Origin: Deltaproteobacteria bacterium
GTDB taxonomy: Bacteria; Myxococcota_A; UBA9042
Direction of reading: 5' to 3'
Length of the DNA: 64,000 bases
Assembly: GCA_020632665.1 (NCBI GenBank)
Contig: JACKFC010000001.1
Location: 205,893 to 269,892, forward strand
Translations under genes and position numbers: made by a program
In this document: positions 55,569-64,000 of the stretch, piece by piece
Layout: each line of letters opens with the position of its first letter
How positions within the stretch are numbered: the first letter of the stretch is position 1
Notes under the pieces: generated by a model
What the model saw: the letters and a program-made list of their open reading frames with translations, nothing else
Databases searched by the model: none
What the model was told of the DNA's origin: nothing

Positions 55569-55622
55569 GTCGTAGGCAATAGTGTCGCAGGCAATCGTGT
55601 CGCAGGCAATCGTGTCGCGGGC
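55569..55622. repeat. 15-bp tandem repeat GTCGCAGGCAATCGT, about 3.6 copies, just upstream of the giant lipoprotein gene
   Basis: Read directly: GTCGTAGGCAATAGT / GTCGCAGGCAATCGT / GTCGCAGGCAATCGT / GTCGCGGGC. It ends 17 nt before the ATG at 55639. Confidence 0.9.
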
Positions 55623-55638
55623 TTACAGGAGCGATGGC

Positions 55639-58600
55639 ATGTCGGGACAGCGACGATGGAAGGCGGCTGCCGGCGCCCTCGTGCTCTGCGCGTGGGCCGG
55701 CGCGTGCTCGGAAGATGCGAGCCCCGTACGCGACGCTGGCCAGATCGGTGATGGCGCAGCTGCCGACGTCGCCGACGTACTGATCGAGGCCGGCACGCTG
55801 GGTCCGGGCTGCATCGGGAAGGCCGACGGCACGCCCTGCGACGACGGCGACCCGTGCACCGACGAGACCCGCTGCACGGCCGGCAGCTGCGGCGGCGGAT
55901 TGCTCCGCTGCGCGTGCAACGTCGACACCGACTGCGCGCCGTACGAGGACGGTGACCGTTGCAACGGCACGCTGATCTGCTCGGCGCTGCGGACCTGCGT
56001 CGTCGATCCTTCCACCATCGTGCACTGCGATCCGAGCACCGCGACGGTCTGCAGCAGCCCGACCTGCGAGCCGCTGAGCGGCCAATGCGTCCCACTCGCC
56101 CGGCCGAACGGCACGCCCTGCGCCGGCGAGCCCTGTTGGCCCCTCGCGGCGTGTGCCGACGGCGTCTGCAGCAACGTGACCGGCGGGACCAAATGCCCGT
56201 GCCAGACCGACGGCGACTGCGCCGCACAGGAAGATGGCAACCTCTGCAACGGCACGCTCTATTGCGATACCTCCATCTTTCCGGGCAGCTGCAAAGTGAA
56301 TCCGGTCACGGTCGTCACCTGCGCGGAGCCACCCGTCGGCGGTTGCCAGGCCACGGTGTGCGCGCCGGCGAGCGGAGATTGCGTCACCAGCGCGCTCGCC
56401 GACGGAACGGTCTGCGACGACGGCGACGCGACCACCGCGGTCGACCTCTGCCTCGCCGGCAGCTGCGTCGGGACGGCCTACGGCGCCTGCGCCTCCGACA
56501 GCGACTGCGCCGCACAAGAGGACGGCGACCTCTGCAACGGCACGCTCTATTGCGACGTCGCGGCGCAGGCCTGCGCGATCAACCCGATCACCGTGGTCAA
56601 GTGCCCCTCGGTCGCAGACACGGCCTGCACCCACAACACCTGCACGCCGAGCACCGGCACGTGCGCGCTGACACCGCTCGCCGACGGCACCGCGTGCGAC
56701 GACGGCGACGCCTGCACGGTCGGCGAGGTCTGCGCCGGCGGCAGCTGTACGACGGGCACCAAGGCCTGCCTCTGCAAGAGCGACGCCGATTGCGCCAGCA
56801 AGGAAGACGGCAACTTGTGCAACGGCACGCTCTTCTGCAATGCGGCCAGCGGCAGCTGCGAGATCAACGTCGCGACCCGGAAGGTCTGCCCGACTGCGGC
56901 CGACGACGACTGCAACAAGGCCGCCTGCGTGCCGCTCTCCGGCGAATGCACGATGGTGCAGGTCGGCCACGTCGCGACCTTCTGCGACCTCGGTGCTGGG
57001 ACCTCGATCTGCCGCACCGAGGTCAAACCGGGCGCCAAGGACGTCGCCGCTTCGTGCGATGACGGCGAGGCCTGCACCGTCGGAGAGACCTGCCAAGGAA
57101 CGGCGTGCGCCGGCGGCGTCGACGTCTGCTTCTGTTCCACCGACGCGGACTGCAAGGACGACGGCGACCTCTGCAACGGCCTGCCCTTTTGCGACAAGAG
57201 CGACCCGAGCAAGCCGACGTGCGCGGTGAACCCGGCGACCGCCGTCGTTTGCCCGACCGCGGGCGACACCGCCTGCAAGAAGGCGACCTGCCAGCCGCAG
57301 ACCGGTACCTGCAAGCCGACGCTGGTCGCCGACGGCGAGAATTGCGACGACGGCGCGCCGTGCACCGCCGGGGACTATTGCGTCGGAGGGAGCTGCCACG
57401 CGGGGTTGATGATCTGCGATTGCCTCACCCACGCAGATTGCCTGGACAGCGACGACGGCGACCTCTGCAACGGCGTGCCGTATTGCGACAAGAGCGATCC
57501 GAAAAAGCCCGTGTGCAAGCCGAACCCGGCGAGCGCCGTCTTCTGCGACAAGAGCCAAGATACGGCCTGCCAGCAGAGCGTCTGCGATCCGAAGACCGGA
57601 ACATGCGCCCTCGCACCCGTGGGTGCCGGCACCGCCTGCGACGACGGCAACGCCTGCACCGAGGCCGACGGCTGCAAGCTCGGCGCCTGCGCCGGAACCC
57701 CGGCGAAATGCGACGACGACGACCCCTGCACCATCGACAGCTGCGATCCGAAGACCGGCTGCGACCACGGCGCGGCGAGCTGCGACGACGGCAACGTCTG
57801 CACGGTCGACGTCTGTGATCCGAAGACGGGCGCCTGCGTCTTCGACGCCGCGGCTGCGGTCGGCAAGGGCTGCGACGCCGACGGTGACGGCTGCACGGTG
57901 GGCGATGCCTGCCACGCCGGCGCGTGCAAGGCCGGGCCGCAGGCCGTCTGTCCGGCCGCGAGCGGGGCGTGTGATCAGGCCGTCTGCGTCTCGACCGGGG
58001 CCACGGGCTATACCTGCGGCGTGGTGCAGCGTCCCGACGGCGCAACGTGCAGCGGCGCCGGTGGATGCACCGTCGACGCGAGCTGCCAGAAGGGCGCCTG
58101 CGTGCCGGGCTCCATCGAGCGCCTACACGTGCGCACCCACACCGAGGTCGCGGCGCACCGCGGCGTTGCGCTGCTGGCGGGCGGCGCGGGCGGCGCGTGG
58201 TTGACCGGACGCCAGCCGAGCCCGACCGACCCGCGCTGGCGCCTCGACCGCGTCGACGCGGGCGGCCACGGCGTGAGCGCGCTCAACGTCGCGCTCAACG
58301 GAGCGGTGACCGACACCGGCGCCGGCGCGCGTGACGTGGTGCTCGACAACCAGGGCCTGCTCGTCGTCGGCGGCGACGTGGGCACCGCCGACGCGGGACG
58401 TCAATTCGCCCTCGCTGCGGTCTCGCCGAAGAGCGGCGCGCTGCTCTGGCAGCAGACCTACGGCGGTGCCGGCGACGAGAGCCTCGCCCGGATGAAGCAA
58501 CACCCTGCAGGCGGCTGGTTGCTGCTCGGCCATCGCAAGGCCGGCGCGGCGCTCGACGGGTTCGCGGTGCGCAGTTCGCCCGGCGGCATCCTGGTCGGCA

Positions 58601-60762
58601 GCTGGCAAGGCGGCGGCTTGGAGGAAGACGGGCTGCTCGGCGGTGTCGGGCGGACGGACGGCAGTAGCGTGGTGGTTGGCGTGACGCAGGCCGGGGCGGC
58701 GCGGCGCGGCTGGTTGGTCGGGCTGGACGGCGCGAGCAAGACCGTCTTCGAGTTGGCCGTCGGCGATGCCGCAGATCAGACCCTCTCCTCGGTGGCAGTC
58801 CTCGCCGACGGCGACCTGCTCGCAGCGGGTTGGCGGCAGGACGGCACGCTGCGCCACCCGTGGTGGGTGCGGACCAGTGCGGCCGGCAAGCTGCGCTGGC
58901 AGCGGACGTTGCCGCTCGCGGCCTGGTGGCGGGACATCCTGCCGCGCGCGAGCGGCGGCGTGGTCCTGGTCGGTGCGGTGGATCCGAGTGGCTCCGCGGC
59001 GGATGCGTGGCTCTGCGGGATGGACGCGGCGGGCTACGTCGCCTGGCAGCGTGTGATCGACGCAGGCGGGGTCGAAGAGCTGGCCGCGTTGCGGCTCGAC
59101 GGGGCGGGAGCGCCGGTCGCGGTGGGCCAGCACACGAGCGCCAAGGGGGCGAGCGCCGGGTTGTTGGTGCACACCGACGCCTGGGGCCACGCGAGCTGCA
59201 CCGAGGCCGGCGTCTGCGCGGCGATCAGCGCGACGACGTGCACCGACGCGAAGCCCTGCACCGACGACCTCTGCGACGCGATCAGCGGCTGCGTCGCGAC
59301 GCCGAACGCCCTCCCCTGCTCCGACGGCGACCCTTGCACCGGCCCAGACCTCTGCGAGAGCGGCGTCTGCAAGCCGGGTGGCCCCGAGACCTGCGACGAC
59401 GCCAACGCCTGTACCTCCGACGCCTGCAAGCAGGGCCAAGGCTGCGTCCACACTGCGCTGCAAGGCGCCTGCCCCGACGATACGGTCTGCACCGAGAAGG
59501 AGATCTGTCAGGCGGGCATCTGTGTGCTCAGCGCCGTCGATTGCGACGACGGCGACCCCTGCACCTACGACACCTGCGACGCCGTCAACGGCTGCAAGAA
59601 CGCTGCGTTGGCCGACGACTCGCCGTGTGCGACCGGCAAGGTCTGCGTCGAAGGCGCTTGCATCGCGCGCTGGGCGATCGCGATCGCCGCCGGCTCGGGC
59701 TCGGGCGCAAGCGCGAAGATCGGCTTCGCCGCGCTGCAGCCCGGCGGGACGCTGCGAGTCTGGGACGAGAACAACGGCCCGGGCAAGCCGAGCGTGCCGC
59801 CGGGCGTGGTGGCGATCGCCGGTGGCGAAACGATGACCTACTTGCTCACCGACAAGGGCAAGGTCTGGGTGCGCGGCTACAGCAAATACGGCGCGATCGG
59901 CCTCGGCAGCTCGACGAGCTACCAGTCCACGGCGACGCCGCTGACGACATTGCAGGACGCCAAAGCGATCTGGGCCGGCCCGCGCGCCGGCTGCGCCCGC
60001 CTCGCGACGGGCGAGACGCGCTGCTGGGGGCAGCAGAAATTCGGCGTCTTCGGCGACGGGGTCTGCAGCAGCTCGGTCAGCAACGGCCCCTACGTCAGCT
60101 CGCCCAAAGCGATGCCGCATCTCGATTCCTTCGTCGAGCTGGCGCTCGGCTTGGCGATGGGCTGCGGACGCAAAGCGGACGGCACGGTCTGGTGCTGGGG
60201 CGGCGGCAAGTGCGGCGACACCGGCTACCGTGGCGACGGCAGCGGAAAGGCACAGCCGACGCCGGTGCAGGTCGCAGCGCTGACAGACGCGGTGCAGATC
60301 ACGGCAGGCTTTCAGCACGCATGCGCGTTGCGCGCGACGGGCGGCGTCAAATGCTGGGGACGGCACAGCTACGGCCAGCTCGGCACCGGCACCACCAGCA
60401 GCAAAGCGGTACCGGCGCAGGTCTACGGCCTCGAGAGTGGCGTGGCGGGCGTGGTCGCAGGCGACCTGTGGACCTGTGCGTGGCTCGAGGACGGCACCGC
60501 AGCGTGCTGGGGCAACAACAACAGGGGCCAGCTCGGCATCGGCAATAAGAGCAACATGCTTGTTCCGACCGCGGTGAAGAACCTGACGGGCGTGATCGGG
60601 TTGGCGACGAACCACCTCGGCGATGCAGAGGCCAATATCTTTGACGCCTCGACCTGCGCGCTTCGCAAGGACGGCTCGGTCGCCTGCTGGGGCGCAGAGG
60701 CACTGGGCAGTGGCGCGACCGGATCGACGATCCCGGTGAATATCCCAGGCTCGTTGCCGTGA
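55639..60762 (+). CDS. Giant Cys-rich repeat lipoprotein 4 (1707 aa): cysteine repeats + central propeller-like region + second cysteine block + C-terminal RCC1-type repeats
   Basis: ATG at 55639 gives MSGQRRWKAAAGALVLCAWAGAC|SED. It has recurrent C.C..D.DC...EDG(D/N)LCNGTL(Y/F)C and CDDG(D/N).CT units. The C-terminal ~370 aa carry RCC1 signatures (CWGRHSYGQLGTGTT, ACWGNNNRGQLGIGN, VWCWGGGKCGDTG). Confidence 0.88.
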   Translation: MSGQRRWKAAAGALVLCAWAGACSEDASPVRDAGQIGDGAAADVADVLIEAGTLGPGCIGKADGTPCDDGDPCTDETRCTAGSCGGGLLRCACNVDTDCAPYEDGDRCNGTLICSALRTCVVDPSTIVHCDPSTATVCSSPTCEPLSGQCVPLARPNGTPCAGEPCWPLAACADGVCSNVTGGTKCPCQTDGDCAAQEDGNLCNGTLYCDTSIFPGSCKVNPVTVVTCAEPPVGGCQATVCAPASGDCVTSALADGTVCDDGDATTAVDLCLAGSCVGTAYGACASDSDCAAQEDGDLCNGTLYCDVAAQACAINPITVVKCPSVADTACTHNTCTPSTGTCALTPLADGTACDDGDACTVGEVCAGGSCTTGTKACLCKSDADCASKEDGNLCNGTLFCNAASGSCEINVATRKVCPTAADDDCNKAACVPLSGECTMVQVGHVATFCDLGAGTSICRTEVKPGAKDVAASCDDGEACTVGETCQGTACAGGVDVCFCSTDADCKDDGDLCNGLPFCDKSDPSKPTCAVNPATAVVCPTAGDTACKKATCQPQTGTCKPTLVADGENCDDGAPCTAGDYCVGGSCHAGLMICDCLTHADCLDSDDGDLCNGVPYCDKSDPKKPVCKPNPASAVFCDKSQDTACQQSVCDPKTGTCALAPVGAGTACDDGNACTEADGCKLGACAGTPAKCDDDDPCTIDSCDPKTGCDHGAASCDDGNVCTVDVCDPKTGACVFDAAAAVGKGCDADGDGCTVGDACHAGACKAGPQAVCPAASGACDQAVCVSTGATGYTCGVVQRPDGATCSGAGGCTVDASCQKGACVPGSIERLHVRTHTEVAAHRGVALLAGGAGGAWLTGRQPSPTDPRWRLDRVDAGGHGVSALNVALNGAVTDTGAGARDVVLDNQGLLVVGGDVGTADAGRQFALAAVSPKSGALLWQQTYGGAGDESLARMKQHPAGGWLLLGHRKAGAALDGFAVRSSPGGILVGSWQGGGLEEDGLLGGVGRTDGSSVVVGVTQAGAARRGWLVGLDGASKTVFELAVGDAADQTLSSVAVLADGDLLAAGWRQDGTLRHPWWVRTSAAGKLRWQRTLPLAAWWRDILPRASGGVVLVGAVDPSGSAADAWLCGMDAAGYVAWQRVIDAGGVEELAALRLDGAGAPVAVGQHTSAKGASAGLLVHTDAWGHASCTEAGVCAAISATTCTDAKPCTDDLCDAISGCVATPNALPCSDGDPCTGPDLCESGVCKPGGPETCDDANACTSDACKQGQGCVHTALQGACPDDTVCTEKEICQAGICVLSAVDCDDGDPCTYDTCDAVNGCKNAALADDSPCATGKVCVEGACIARWAIAIAAGSGSGASAKIGFAALQPGGTLRVWDENNGPGKPSVPPGVVAIAGGETMTYLLTDKGKVWVRGYSKYGAIGLGSSTSYQSTATPLTTLQDAKAIWAGPRAGCARLATGETRCWGQQKFGVFGDGVCSSSVSNGPYVSSPKAMPHLDSFVELALGLAMGCGRKADGTVWCWGGGKCGDTGYRGDGSGKAQPTPVQVAALTDAVQITAGFQHACALRATGGVKCWGRHSYGQLGTGTTSSKAVPAQVYGLESGVAGVVAGDLWTCAWLEDGTAACWGNNNRGQLGIGNKSNMLVPTAVKNLTGVIGLATNHLGDAEANIFDASTCALRKDGSVACWGAEALGSGATGSTIPVNIPGSLP

Positions 60763-61083
60763 GCGACGTGGCCGCAGGCGCTCGGGTGGGCGAGATCGTG
60801 GCCGTGGCCTACAGCGCGCTGCGGATCTGAGCGCCGCGACCCAGCGCCGCGAGCCGGCGCCCGAGACCATCTCGGCGACGCAAAGCCGGCGCAGCCCGGG
60901 CCGCATGCGCAGCAGGGCGAGGGGTGAAGCGGGGCGCGGTTTCGGTGACGGTGACGGTGATGACGCGGTGGTGGTCGGCTGCATCGGGGACCGCAACTAC
61001 TCCGATGCGCTGGAAGCCGAACGGACCCGAGCCTTGACATGAACATGTGCATATTCATGATGGGAGCGGACACGGAGGTCGAC

Positions 61084-61332
61084 ATGGCCCACACCCGCCA
61101 CGCCCATATCCTGATGGAACCACTCGAGTACGAGCAACTCGAGCGCATCGCCCGGCAGCGTCGCACGTCGGTGGCCGAGCTGATCCGCAGGGCCGTGCGC
61201 GAGAGCTACCTGCAGCAGCCATCGGCTGAAGGCGATCCGGTTGCGCGGCTGGCTGCGCTGCAACTCGAGTTGCCCCGTTGGGAGGAGCTCGCACGCGAGC
61301 TCGACGAGGCCTACGATGGCGGCGTTCGCTAG
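61084..61332 (+). CDS. Ribbon-helix-helix (CopG/VapB-like) antitoxin
   Basis: The ATG at 61084 lies 6 nt after GGAGG. MAHTRHAHILMEPLEYEQLERIARQRRTSVAELIRRAVRE is an RHH pattern. Overlaps the PIN gene by 17 nt. Confidence 0.8.
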   Translation: MAHTRHAHILMEPLEYEQLERIARQRRTSVAELIRRAVRESYLQQPSAEGDPVARLAALQLELPRWEELARELDEAYDGGVR

Positions 61333-61771
61333 CCGGCGCGTCTTTCTGGACGCGAACGTCTTCCTCTACGCCGCTGGCGTCGACTCGACGGTCGCCACCG
61401 CGTGCCGTGCGCTGCTCGCTGCGGTTCGCGACGGCCAGCTCGACGCGACGACCAGCACCGAGGTCGTGCAAGAGATCCTGCACGTCGTCGCGCGCAGACG
61501 CGGTGCCACCATCGCCGCGGACGCCGCGGATGCCGTGCTGGCGCTGGTTCCCGAGCCGATCGCGGTGACGCCGACCGTCATCCGCAGCACCGTCGCGGTC
61601 GTGCGGGCCTCGCCGACGCTGTCGATCCGCGACGCAGTGCACGTCGCGGCGATGCGGTCCGAGGGGATCGGGATCGTCGTGAGCGCGGACAAATACTTCG
61701 ATGCGGTCGACGTCGAGCGAGTCGATCCCTACGATTCCGAAGCCGTGCAGGCGCTGTTGCGGCGGCTGTAG
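61316..61771 (+). CDS. PIN-domain ribonuclease (VapC-like toxin)
   Basis: ATG at 61316. VFLDANVFLYA (first acidic residue), TSTEVVQEILH, IRDAVHVAAM, VVSADKYFD cover the four conserved acidic positions of PIN domains. Confidence 0.85.
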   Translation: MAAFASRRVFLDANVFLYAAGVDSTVATACRALLAAVRDGQLDATTSTEVVQEILHVVARRRGATIAADAADAVLALVPEPIAVTPTVIRSTVAVVRASPTLSIRDAVHVAAMRSEGIGIVVSADKYFDAVDVERVDPYDSEAVQALLRRL

Positions 61772-61778
61772 ACCGCAC

Positions 61779-63718
<1,940 letters not shown>

Positions 63719-63722
<4 letters not shown>

Positions 63723-64000
63723 CGTCCGCCCTCGGGGCCATCGCCGGGGGCGACGCCGGGCGCGGTCTGCGGGGTGACGGTGCTCGGATCGCGGACTTCT
63801 TTCTCGCGCGAGTAGACCCGCACCGCGAGCGAGGCGAGGAAGCGGTGGCCGTCCTCGCGCAGGCGATAGCCGGCGTCTTGCAGCTGGTGGTCGACCAGCG
63901 AGCCGATCACCGTCTCTTCCCCCAGCGCGGCGCGATCGCCACCGAGCACGATGGTCGGCGGCCGGCGGACGAGCACGGCGGCGACGCCCTTCACCACCGC
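63719..64000 (-). CDS. Hypothetical protein, 3' portion only (gene runs off the window edge)
   Basis: This frame is open from the window end to the stop at 63719 (...IVLGGDRAALGEETVIGSLVDHQLQDAGYRLREDGHRFLASLAVRVYSRE...). The stop overlaps the DinG start by 4 nt. No family was recognised. Confidence 0.45.

Noticed and set aside
55569-55622. Tandem repeats (also 41681..41741 and 46971..47060) considered as CRISPR arrays
   Set aside because: The units are directly abutting with no unique spacers, are only 15-31 bp long, and number 2-5 copies. No cas genes are nearby.
55027-60996. 962-aa (55027..57915) and 957-aa (58123..60996) minus-strand ORFs
   Set aside because: They run antisense to the giant Cys/RCC1 lipoprotein, whose plus-strand frame has a lipobox, regular cysteine spacing and RCC1 signatures. 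The minus frames are Ala/Arg/Gly-rich noise.
60763-61033. Short protein-like fragments (…DVAAGARVGEIVAVAYSALRI*, …VVVGCIGDRNYSDALEAERTRAL…) after the giant lipoprotein gene
   Set aside because: They are too short, lack starts, and match no recognisable family. They may be gene remnants, but this is not supportable as a feature.

Overview
High-GC (roughly 70%) chromosomal segment. The gene content suggests a Myxococcota/Polyangia-type deltaproteobacterium: slime-mold-type cysteine-rich repeat lipoproteins, a sigma-54-type pilin promoter, many two-component genes. This taxonomic call is inference only. About 50 protein-coding genes can be supported. Most other long ORFs in the six-frame track are Arg/Ala/Pro/Gly-rich, antisense or out of frame, as expected at this GC level. 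Layout: (1) TolQ/ExbB-TolR/ExbD-TolA/TonB-like operon behind an HExxH/TPR peptidase-like gene, divergent from an S41 peptidase and a PEGA protein. (2) Cys-rich lipoprotein 1, then a binding-protein/histidine-kinase/NarL-regulator set and a TonB-dependent receptor. (3) A deoxy-amino-sugar cluster: formyltransferase, GT61, RmlA-like, RmlB-FdtA fusion, two DegT aminotransferases, flippase. (4) tgt, nitroreductase, ampG. (5) A tightly coupled 7-gene minus-strand operon: PHA-like protein, secreted protein, MoxR, DUF58, BatA/vWA, RluA, PocR hybrid kinase. (6) A 5.1-kb compositionally atypical patch bracketed by 33-bp direct repeats. It carries a nucleotidyltransferase-fold/XRE-HTH pair with a palindromic operator, a ParB-like pseudogene and a frameshifted Cys-rich/DUF1566 lipoprotein. 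(7) HhH lipoprotein, REP-like hairpins, pfk, sigma-54-type pilA locus, and a 58-unit GCN triplet tract. (8) uvrC, PpiD-like chaperone, Cys-rich lipoprotein 3, HtrA, a sensor kinase, and a 1707-aa Cys-rich/RCC1 lipoprotein. (9) vapBC-like pair, DinG-like helicase, and one edge-truncated gene. No rRNA, tRNA, CRISPR array or intact transposase/integrase was seen. The strongest candidates for something new are the NTase/HTH module inside the repeat-bracketed patch, the family of four modular Cys-rich lipoproteins with exchangeable heads, and the MoxR-DUF58-vWA-RluA-PocR kinase operon. All functional calls rest on motifs read by eye and need profile searches to confirm.
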